DNA of 51,749 nucleotides, the filler included, from Sphacelaria rigidula (lineage: Eukaryota), in NCBI GenBank assembly GCA_964200075.2. It is 3 parts of 3 records of this genome, joined end to end, with 100 filler letters (N's around TTAATTAATTAA, not from the genome) between each part and the next. Parts side by side here need not be neighbours in the genome. Positions count along the whole stretch, not along the records: positions 1 to 17,189 come from CAXNAA020001150.1; positions 17,290 to 34,476 come from CAXNAA020001151.1; 1 more part is not named here. One strand, 5' to 3'. The notes beneath the pieces are model-generated. The model was not told the origin of the DNA and did not search any database. It saw only the letters and a program-made list of their open reading frames with translations. A program made the translations under genes and the position numbers. Positions 11,851 to 21,499 of this stretch are shown here, piece after piece. The stretch's first letter is position 1, and every line of letters begins with the position of its first letter.

Positions 11851-11972
11851 ATGATGTATGCACCAAGGACGGGATTCCGTGGTATGAGAGCGAAGCCTTC
11901 ATAGCAACCACCTCGGTTATCGGTGTCGTCGGTACTTTCGTGGGCTGCTTTTCGTGTTTAAAGGAGAGCTGA
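11851..11972 (+). CDS. Candidate terminal exon with transmembrane helix (DDVCTKDGIPWYESEAFIATTSVIGVVGTFVGCFSCLKES*)
   Basis: Phase-1 acceptor atattccaag|at, then a PWY motif, a ~20-aa hydrophobic stretch, a short tail and a stop. Phase is compatible with the upstream all-phase-1 gene. Confidence 0.5.
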
Positions 11973-12327
11973 AGAATAACGCGTGTCTTTTATTGTCCCC
12001 AATGAGAGATTTTTTTCGGTGTGTATGATTCACCCGAATCCGACCATCCAATTTGTTCTCATTACGAAAGCTACAATTTTGGTGCTAAATATTGTGACTT
12101 TCCCCTATTAGCGGGCTCGATCCGTTTTTGGTTTATTTCCCCTCATGTACCATATGTGAATACACACGTTGGGCGAAACTCAATCTCATATCGCACTTTT
12201 TCCGTCCGCCACCGCTTTTCGAAGAATCCTAATACGTACTACGATTGTTTTTGAACGACTTCCCTGCACACATGCGATCGTATTGGTATAGAGAGAGGGT
12301 CCTGCCCTACAATGAGGCTCGCAATAC

Positions 12328-14462
12328 CTCAAAGTAAAAGCCTTGGTCACACACAAAAGCAGCGGCTCGAGCCATGTTGTGCTCTCTCCAGAACTTGCCT
12401 CACTGTGCATGCATGCAAAGCCCACGTTGATCTCAGGCGGTGGGAGAAACGAGCTATTTTATTGTACAATACAAACGAGTAAGCCTTTACCCACATGCAG
12501 AGACTCACCAGTAGGGACGCGGTTGACTCATAGGGGCAAGAGAGTGTTGTCCAAAAGTCGTTGCTTGGGTCCACAACCAGAGCAAGGGCGGTAGCCTCGT
12601 CCCATCTCAGAAAGAAACATCTTACGCACACTGACATCGCCACACCTAGAACCAGAAATGGAACCAAAACCTGTCTGGTAATGTGTCCAAAACAAGGAAC
12701 ATTATGAAAGTCCGTTGTAGCCCCTGGCCGGTAAATTTGCCTCTTACGACCTGCCGAGCACCGGTTGATGCTCTGCGGGGCGATAGAAACTGAATACCCA
12801 AATCTCAAATGAAACTCGTGCACGGTACACAGACAGAATCAACCATGAGTTGCATCCCAAACCCGTGTCTATCCGAACATATCTTACTTTGACACCCGTC
12901 CGATAGAACTACTAATACTCCTCGAAGACCGTTACTCTAGATACCATACCAATGGCCCACTCTGAAGCGTGAGTCTGCAGAATCTCAAGGAGCTCCGAAC
13001 ACTCACGTTTCGCCACAATCTCCCACATCACACAAAAGGGAGGAAAACACAAAACCAATAGGGCGACGAGGGAGTAGCCTACCCTGACAAACAACGGCCT
13101 TCAGCTTCAGCGCATGCCCCGTGTAGTTGCAGTATCAACCAATCTCTGGAAGACACAAAAGAAACAGAAGAAATCAAAAGCAACGTGGAAATAGCCTAGC
13201 CTGGTAACTATGGCCTTCAGAATCAGCGCGTGACCCGGGTGGTCGCGCTATCAACCCATCTACATATATAACACAAATGATTTCCGGTTTGCCGTCAGAA
13301 TCAGCGCATGACCCGGATGGCCTTACGGTCAACCAATTTCGAAACGCACATGTAACAGACGATACGTCCTTAGGCAACTGGGACTGTAGTACCAACGGTC
13401 GAACAGCATCAAGGGGGAAGCGTGACACTCGCGGTAGGATTTCACGTGCTTTGGTTTCAAGGAGCTCGCCAAGGCATTATCAAGGAGACATCACTCCAAG
13501 ATTGAAGTTGTGCATGCAGAACTCATACTGGTGTATGCACGGACGAGCTAGCTTGTGGTATATGATCCAGGAGCGGCAACAGTGGCCGTTTGATGCTCCA
13601 GGATCATGCAGCGATAATCGCCGCGCAACGCGTGCCGAGAAAGCCCGGGGGTATCGGTCACTCGTGTTCGCAAACACCGAAAAAGAAAACCTAGAGTTGT
13701 GGAACCCAAAAACGTGGCAGTTTGCTGAGGAAGCCCTTGGGGTATCGGTCATCCGTTTGTACAAAATATCGAACACACGGCCGGTTAAATAAAAATAAAA
13801 ATTACTGAGAAAGCTCTTCGGTTATCGGTTATCCGTTTTCTCAAATGTCGGGTTGAAAAGGAGAGACGGATTGTGTCGGATCCAACAGTCATCGAGGGAA
13901 TGAATGTCGTGGAGACGAACAAAAACAAGAAAACAAAAAGAAAACAACGAGGGAGAAGAAAATGGAGATCACAAGACATGAAACATTGCTGAGGAAGCCC
14001 TTGGAGTATGGGGCATCTGTTTTCGCAAATGTTGGGCTGGAAAGAAAAGACGGGTTGCCTCGGGTCCAACAGGCCGTTAGAACCTCCCGTAGATTATGGA
14101 AGGCTTATTGCGTTGATATCGGGGAGGCACGGGAACAAGAAAAAAAAAAAAAGAGAAAAAGGTGATCGAGGTGCCCACAGCTAGCAGGGAGCATCTGTAG
14201 TGGGTACCTCTGCACAACATGGATCAAGACAGTTAGGAAGGAGAACGCGGCTCCTGTCCTCCAGATATGTTGATCCGAACGAGGGCGGGAATGTGGAACT
14301 GCGGGATATTCGAAATTCACAACTCCACACGATGGACAAAATGCATACGCCCTCAAGCAGTTCACCGATGCACCAATTTTGGGTAGGTTGTTGAATGTAA
14401 AACCTCAATGTGGGGTCTTCACAAAATACCGTACGGCGGGCTATGACGGTGGGTCGATCCAA
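12328..14462 (-). pseudogene. Multi-exon hydrophobic (multi-TM) protein gene or pseudogene. Exons about 14462-14208, 13083-12945, 12670-12509, 12431-12328
   Basis: Phase-consistent GT-AG joins give ...GAAFSFLTVLIHVVQR|VGYSLVALLVLCFPPFCVMWEIV...EWAIGM|VLVPFLVLGVAMSVCVRCFFLRW...SLL|INVGFAC.... The upstream exon has in-frame stops and one acceptor is a weak GAG. Confidence 0.4.
13634..14050 (+). repeat. Diverged ~80-90-bp periodic repeat
   Basis: The motif gctgag(g/a)aagcccttggggtatcggtcatccgtttt recurs at about 13634, 13723, 13804 and 13988. Confidence 0.65.
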
Positions 14463-14859
14463 CTGTGAAAATGGAAGGACACTCGTTTCAATGCGTTGGG
14501 ATCATCATGTCTAGGCACATAAATGTGTTCAAATTACTGCAGTATAGTTCCAGACCCACAGCAACCCGCAGTGAGTAGACGACGCTTTAGTGTGGTAAGC
14601 ATCGTCTGAAATGATCTTGAGGGAGCCGGGGTCATATCGAGGAACCGGATCTGCTGCTTACGCTCGGCGATGATGACGGTACTACTAAACCCTGATGCGG
14701 CAGAATTTTGTCCGAGGGAGTTTTTCCCCACAGTAAATTTGCCGCGGCTGCACAGCCCGCGGCAGTGGCATCGAGTAACCGTCGCTGAAAGTGGGGGATA
14801 CGTAACAAGGAGAGTAGAACTACTAGTCTAGGTGTTTACACGTGTGTAAGCCCAAGAAA

Positions 14860-17085
14860 TGAGGTGGTGGTGGAGCCGGTCGAGGCACGTCGGGACTGCT
14901 GTCCCCGAAACCATGTCTGATAGCAAGCACCAACGGAGCAATATCAATTGTAGAACAGAAATATATACTTCAGTTGCATGTAAAAGGACACGAGAAGAAA
15001 AAATGCGCTGCTCGGAAAAACAGGCGCGGGAGACGAGCAGATCGGAGAGCCGCCGACAAGAGGAAAAAGTCTGCGAGGGCGAGGGCCAGGATCGACGAGC
15101 TTACCGTCGGCACCTACAATATTCGCACGCTCACTTTCGCAAGTGCGAATGGTATTGACCACAGCGAGATTGTCCTGAAGCCTTGTGAGAGTCTGGGCTG
15201 CGATATCGTGGGTTTGCAGGAGACTAGACGAGATGTCCAATCGGTGTTCAGCACAGCGGAATGTACGGTATTTTGTTTTGGTGACGCAAGCGGGGCTAAG
15301 GGGAAGACAGGACAGCATGGGGTGGGGGTCGCTATCAAGGAGTTGATGCTGGACGAGATGGGAGGAAAAGTTGCTACAATCGAGTTCGCCAGTGCTCGAC
15401 TTATGAAGGTGAAACTTGAACGACTCGACAAATCCAACGCGGTATCATTTTTTGTGGTTAGATATGCCCCGACGGAGACCGCTTCGCTGCGCGACGAGAA
15501 CAAGTTTTGGGATGACGTATCCGATACCATCTCACAAGTACCTGGCGAGGAACATCTATTCGTCATGATGGATGCCAACGCCCGTGCTGGAAAACGAAGA
15601 GAGGGGGATGGAGTGAATGATATCAAGGTATTTGGCGAATACGAGCGGGGCGTACCGAACAATGACGGTGAGAGGCTACTGGCCTTCGCAGAGGAACAAC
15701 ACCTTACCGTGCTCAATACGTTACTGTATTCAGAACACCCAAGTGAGGCATCTCGTACACTTTCCAAAGCTCCAACGCTGGGAAGGGACGCTATCATCTA
15801 GACTACATTCTCACCAGACAGGCGGACTGAAAACTCGTACGCAACACCTCCGTCCGCCGCCCACCACCCGGAAGACGCGAGTCTGATCATAACCTCGCAT
15901 TTGCAAAGTTCCGGCTCCGTGGTCGCTTCGCACCCAGTCGCAAGATGCGAGAAGATGTACCAAGACGCAGAACCGCCGTCCTTAGAAAGCTGATGGCTGA
16001 CCCAGAGTTGAGAACAATAACGTTGCAAACCGCCTCCCCTCTCGACCCCTAGCCTACAGACGCCACTGCCGCTGACATGGCTGCAGGTTTTACCGAGGTG
16101 CTGATATCCGCCCCAGCAGACATCGCACCCCACGAGAGAAACCAACGAGACTCCCACGGCTGGTGCGCGAGTGCCGAGGCCAAGGCAAAGATCGAAACTG
16201 CATAGATGGTGAAGGAAACAACACGGGGGGCATCGGTGTCAACGCCCACTGACACCAACCTCAAGAAAGTATTGAAATAGACCAGCAAAGAACCCGGTCG
16301 CGTGAGAGCACATGCGGTGGAGAGATTCTTCGAGGCCTATGTCAACCGACCTGAAGCGCACATCGCAGAAGGTGACCAACGCGGCTGCTGAAGATAAGCA
16401 CCTGAAGGGAATCGATGTGGAAGGGAGAAAACCATGTAGCTCACAGCAGCAGTGTATCTGCGACAACAAGGGTAAACTGCCCAGGGACGTGAAGCTTATT
16501 CGCGCGCGGTGGGTACAGTGGTTTCACACCCTCCTAAACACCAAGTCGCCCCACCTTAACCCAGCAGTCATCGACCAAATCCAGGCGCGACTTCCGAGCA
16601 GGTCGCTGGACGTGGTGCCTACGATAGACAAGACAGCAGATGCCATACAATCCATGTCCAACGGAAAAGCCGTTGGCCCAGATGAAGTGCCGGCTGAGCT
16701 GTTGAAGATACCCCTCGACGGCGACGATACTAGCGGACTACAGAGATTCCACCCTATCATCGTTGACATCTGGGGCGGAGCGGCGGTACCACAAGAGTGG
16801 AAGGATGCCACCATCATAGTTTTCCACACAAAGAACGATCGGACGGAATGTGGAAATATGGAGGAATTTTACTCGTGTCGCACGCCGGCAAAGTGCTTCT
16901 CAAGGTAATTGCCCGCCGCCTGAGCACCTACCGCGAGGGCAATGAAATTCTGCCTGACTAGCAGTGTGGCTTCCGTCGCGGACGCTCAACCGTCGACGTG
17001 ATTCACTGCCCGACGACTCCAGGAACTTGGCCGGAGACGACAGATCCCACTCTACATCTGTTTCGTCGAGACTGCTGCCGAGATA
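14860..17085 (+). mobile_element. Degenerate non-LTR retrotransposon (RTE-like LINE): AP endonuclease plus RT N-terminal half, truncated at a gap
   Basis: APE motifs GTYNIRTL, DIVGLQETRR, YAPT, MDANAR, GERLL, LDYIL, SDHNL. RT motifs GKAVGPDEVPAELLK, VPQEWKDATI, KNDRTECGN, QCGFRRGRSTVD, RRLQELGR. Several frameshifts and stops. Confidence 0.92.
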
Positions 17086-17086
17086 G

Positions 17087-17118
<32 letters not shown>

Positions 17119-17189
17119 ACCCCACCCGAGGGGGGGGGGGGACACCCCAAATACACCCTACTCTTGTCCCTTCTCCCCCGGCACGCGGG

Positions 17190-17289
17190 NNNNNNNNNNN
17201 NNNNNNNNNNNNNNNNNNNNNNNNNNNNNNNNNTTAATTAATTAANNNNNNNNNNNNNNNNNNNNNNNNNNNNNNNNNNNNNNNNNNNN
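17190..17289. other. Scaffolding gap with TTAATTAATTAA linker
   Basis: N-run/ttaattaattaa/N-run; the same structure recurs at 34477-34576. Confidence 0.97.
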
Positions 17290-17802
17290 TAAAATAATAA
17301 TCAACGAGTATGTCTGTGTTTCTCAACAGAACTTCTGTTTTCTATAGGAGTTAGGCTTTGATCAGCCAGTGCAGCACTTGTACGTAGCATCACGCTACGA
17401 GACACCATTACGTGTGTAGTGTCTGCAACTGTAGCACCCTGCTACGAGGCACGACAGTGCCCATTTGTGCACTTAGGTCGACCGGGTGGGCTGAGGCAGT
17501 GCTGATTCAACAAATCCTCGATAGCAAAATGTCGAACAGATCATGAGGAAAGTTGATCCCTCGAAACTGTGACTCCTCTCTAGGAGGAAGTGAGGTGAGG
17601 GGAGAGGGGAGGGAGGGGTGTGTGTTTGTGTTGGAGAGGGGTAACCCTTCTGCTGCCTAGGAGAGGCCATCCTTGAATGGGGACATGAAATTTCTCCATG
17701 ATTTCACTTTTGAATTATGACGCTTTTTCCAAACAAAACGTCCTTTTCTCATGGCAATCATTGCGTTGCAGTTCTATATGCCATTGTGCCGAAGAGCCCC
17801 AG

Positions 17803-18062
17803 GAACCACCCTACGATAGCAAGTGGGGGAGGGCTGGGAGAGGGGCGCTTCTTGCACGAAATTCCAAACCAAGTCGCCGTTGAAAGCAGCGACGGTTGTT
17901 CGAACGAGCTCAGCATAGATAAATAACCCTCATTTACACTGCTTGATACCGTGAGTGTAGTAGGTCCGAATACAAGTGCGGTAGGTCGGCTGATGCACCT
18001 ATCAGTCTCTTATTCCGTGCAATCCAATACCCCCCCCCCCCCTCCACCTATCGTAGCATAAG
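17803..18062. mobile_element. Sola-like MITE, degenerate copy 3
   Basis: ccctacgatag...ctatcgtag ends, and the internal sequence (gttgaaagcagc..cggttgttcgaacgagct..aaataac) matches 10797-11063. Confidence 0.75.
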
Positions 18063-19089
18063 TTTGGGACCCTCACGGCCCACACCATTCCGCACGGGGT
18101 GACTACGACTGGACCCGGCTCTTTTACACAGCGTGCCGGCAGACGTTCTCGTGTAACAAACCAAAAACTTGGCGGTATGACATAGACCTGGGCCGTCATA
18201 GAGGGGTACTGCTCCCGGGGGTAATGAAGTTCAAGTGTTCACATAGTGTTTTGACCGATCGGAATATTTTGTCACTTTAGCAAGCGTGCCGGCAAGTTTT
18301 GTTTATGTGCCGGTTCCAATGGTCGGTGTGTTGAAAGTGCTGAGCTCTGCCAAAGTAAGCGGACCCCCACAAGCAACCAAACGATACAAACACTCGTGGA
18401 AGAGAGTGGCACGACCTTAAGAACAACTTAGGGCCGTTTTGAGGCTGGCCCAGCTCGCGCATGTCTAGTTTAATGAAAATCGATAGATACCGTCCGATTC
18501 CCGTCTGAGGCTACCTCTTATTGGAGCCACTCGGAATAAGAATCGCGCCCGATTCTGAACGGCTGTCGGAAACCCATAGTTCTGGATTTGAACAAAGGTG
18601 ACCCTTACAATTTTATACAGCTTCACATTTTGGCAGGGCATTCGGAACCGGCGCCCTGCTATAAACGCTCGGCCGAAGTTTTGGTACCTGTTGAAAATCA
18701 GGCGAAGCACGACAATCTTGGACATGTCTTGTTTCTCGGCACTAAGACGGGATCTTACAAATTGGGGATGGATCTTCTATTGGGGATGAGAAGCCCGGAG
18801 AACTAAAATCTTCGTATCCACATCAAATCTTCGAAATATGGTTCCATTTCTTCACCTACTGATCGCTATTGACAACTGCTACGCGCCATAAATATTTGGA
18901 TTTCGATTACCGAAATGTTGGGGCCCTAGGTGAAAAACCAATTTTGGGGGATTTCGGGTGTCCGAACGGACGCCAAAATGGTTCCGAAATTTGTTTTTGA
19001 CCTAGGACCCCAACATTTCGGTAATCGAAACCGAAATTTCTATGTCGTGCAGCAGTTGTCAATAGCTATCAGTAGGTGCGGAAGTGGAA

Positions 19090-19828
19090 GAGTTATCCTA
19101 CGATAGGGGGAGGGTATTTTGGGCAACTTCTTGCACGAAATTCCAAAAGGCATACTATCGTTGAGGCCGCACGTTATGACACACAGATTTTTGGCCCACG
19201 GATTGTTCACCGTAGGGACATTTGATCCCCTTTTTGACCCCTAAACAGGGAAAATCGCCAAGACACGTCTTGGACACTTTTCATCATCCCACAGAGAGGA
19301 GCCTAGCCCACTCTTCGGATTCGCTTGGCTCCGAGGTTCCAACATTGGCCGCTGAACAAAAATTCGTGTGCAAAAATCCGTGCTTGCCGACCCCCGCCAG
19401 TTTGCACAATATTCTGTGGAGATCGCCGTAGATGTTGTTGCACACATATTTTTGTTCAGCGGCCGCTCTCGAAATGTTGGAGCCAAGCGACTCTGAGAAG
19501 TGGGCTAGGCTCCTCTCTGCAGGGTGATGCAAAGTGGAGCCAAGACGTGTGTCGGCGATTTTCCCTGTTTGGGGGTTAAAAAGTGGCTCAAACGCCATAA
19601 AAGTGAACAATCCATGGGCCAAAAGTCTGTGTGCCATACCATCCGGCCTGAGATCAGCAACGGTTGCTCGAGCGAGCTTGTTACAGATAAATAACGCTCC
19701 TTCATAACGATTGACACAGTCGTGAACCAAACACAAGCGCATCGCGAGTGTGGCAGGTCGTCTGACACACTTTTCAGCCTTTTTTTTTCGTGCAATCAAA
19801 CATCCCCCCCCCTATCGTAGAATGACTC
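19090..19828. mobile_element. Sola-like MITE copy 2, 4-bp TSD GGAA
   Basis: ggaa|gagttatcctacgataggggg ... ccccctatcgtagaatgactc|ggaa. Confidence 0.85.
19165..19648. mobile_element. PIF/Harbinger-like foldback MITE (about 210-bp arms), 3-bp TSD TGA
   Basis: tga|ggccgcacgttatgacacacag ... ctgtgtgccataccatccggcc|tga. Removing it restores the Sola-like MITE consensus gttgaaagcagc. Confidence 0.8.
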
Positions 19829-20255
19829 GGAACCATTGTCGATAGCACCGCGACTAGTTTAGGCGCCGTGCTCGTCCTTTGAGGATTTTGTTTTTTTTAC
19901 GAGGAGTCGGGAAAGGCACGACACGGGTGTAATTCGTGCGCGAAAAACATGGCACGGGCACGTTTCATCTCAACTTCCACCGGCGGGGTACTGTCGTCTT
20001 CGATTTTCAGAGCTCACGTCACGTTAGTTCAATTCATTTACTACATGAGTTTTTATCTCCAACCCGTGATCACGGGGTGCAAAGAACTCACTACCGATGA
20101 CCATAAAACCAAGAGTCGACAGAGGATGTATTTGCACAAAAAACTGTACACGAAAACAATCACCCCGCCAAAACCGATCGAGCAACGAGGAACACACTGC
20201 AAGCCAGCGAATGACTGGCGTGCGATTTAGACGACCAAATAACGAAGAAAAAACT

Positions 20256-20327
20256 CAATCGATCGGGAATCGAACCTCCGTTCTCTCCACCCCAATGGCA
20301 ACAGTCGGATCAATACACCACCGGGGC
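20256..20327 (-). ncRNA. tRNA-derived pseudogene/SINE head (possibly Gly-GCC derived)
   Basis: The minus strand reads gccccggTGGTGTATTGAtccgactgttgccattggggtggagagaacggaGGTTCGATTCCCgatcgattga followed by TTTTTT: A-box, B-box and a Pol III terminator-like run. The cloverleaf stems pair poorly. Confidence 0.45.
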
Positions 20328-20528
20328 GCTAGAAGCAGATATTTCCGTGATGTGTCGGGAGCAGTTTAGAACGAAGGCATGATAAAACTGAGGACACACC
20401 CAATGCCCCCCAATCCTGGCCCCCGAAAGGTACTGGGAAAAAGGGTTGGTTTGACGACGTTACTGTGAGACTACAGAACGCCGAAAGAACCGGAACCCAA
20501 AACGAGAAGAAATGACGCCGCTAAAACG

Positions 20529-21476
20529 TCACAGAGACTGACGGAAGCTGACGTGGATGATGTCGGATTTGGCAAAGTTCGTCACTTCCCGAGTGCAGGC
20601 ATCTGGTTTTGGAACGCAGCACGGTATCAAGAAGGTAGACAAGGGGAAGGTAAAGGAACGAAGAGACGTGAACCAGCGTGCAGGCTGAAGATTGCACTGA
20701 GGCATGTTGAAAGAAAAAAGAAGGAAGTCTGGTACCGACGAAAGCAATCATTGAAGGTGTGAGAGGGCAGGGTGAAAATGAGACTACACGTAGTTGACAG
20801 GGAGTTGAACAGGGACAAGGAATGGCTATTTGTGGTACTTACCGTCAGCTGGGGTTTAGCTTCCAGCTCCGCAGCTGGTGGCCGTGGGTCGGCTACCTTG
20901 TCGGGTCGTACTGTTTTTCTTTTTTTCGAGGGGAGGGGAGATCTTAGTTGGTGGCGTGACGGGTTGGTTTCCAGGAGGGGGCAGGGAGCTATCACTGACC
21001 CGCGGTGCTTTGCGCGGCGTCGAATCGTCGTTCCTTGACGCATATGACGCTTTCTCCTTCAACAAGTGCCGTTGGAAATCAGACAGGAGCGTGGCACGCG
21101 TGTCGTAGAAACAGAGGTCACACCTTATAAAAGCTGGTTCGCCATCCCTCGCCAAGAGATCATGGAGTGTTTTTTGGGACAGGGTTGCTGTACACTCGTA
21201 ACACGGATGAGTGCACTCCTCGGCCGCTTTCCCGAGTTTCTTTTCGCACGCGCGGCCGTCCGCGTGGGCGTATACCCTGTCTTTACCGCCGGTAGGATCG
21301 GACATGCGGCGGTACGGGGTACTGATCCCGATCTCGCCGCCACACGCTAAGCGGAGGAAGGGCAGCTGTTTTCTGGAGCCCTTCGGCACTGGTTTTGTAT
21401 CCTGCGAGACAGAGATGTGAGTGTTGCAGGTGGAGCACCTGTCAATGCCGAACGAGTTGGGTGGAGGATGAAGCAA
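20529..21476 (-). CDS. Candidate Cys/His-rich (zinc-binding-like) protein, possibly spliced or TE-derived
   Basis: 206-aa ORF with CSTC, HADGRAC, CYEC and CDLC. A strong donor (acg|gtaagt) lies just past the stop, and a downstream acceptor precedes DACTREVTNFAKSDIIHVSFRQSL*. Confidence 0.3.
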
Positions 21477-21499
21477 CGGTTGCGGAAAGTTCAGCGAGA

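Larger units (their letters stand above)
18838..19836. mobile_element. Palindromic hairpin element (about 125-bp arms centred near 18965), right arm interrupted by a MITE
   Basis: atggttccatttcttcacctactgatcgctattgacaactgct...ttaccgaaatgttggggccctagg is mirrored by cctaggaccccaacatttcggtaa...agcagttgtcaatagctatcagtaggtgcggaagtggaa[insert]ccat. Confidence 0.75.

Noticed and set aside
13634-14050. CRISPR array (also considered for 8390-9870 and 36720-37465)
   Set aside because: The repeats are diverged, spacing is irregular or units are contiguous, there are no cas genes, and the context is eukaryotic.
17234-17245. TTAATTAATTAA palindrome within N-runs (also at 34521-34532)
   Set aside because: Artificial six-frame-stop scaffolding linker.
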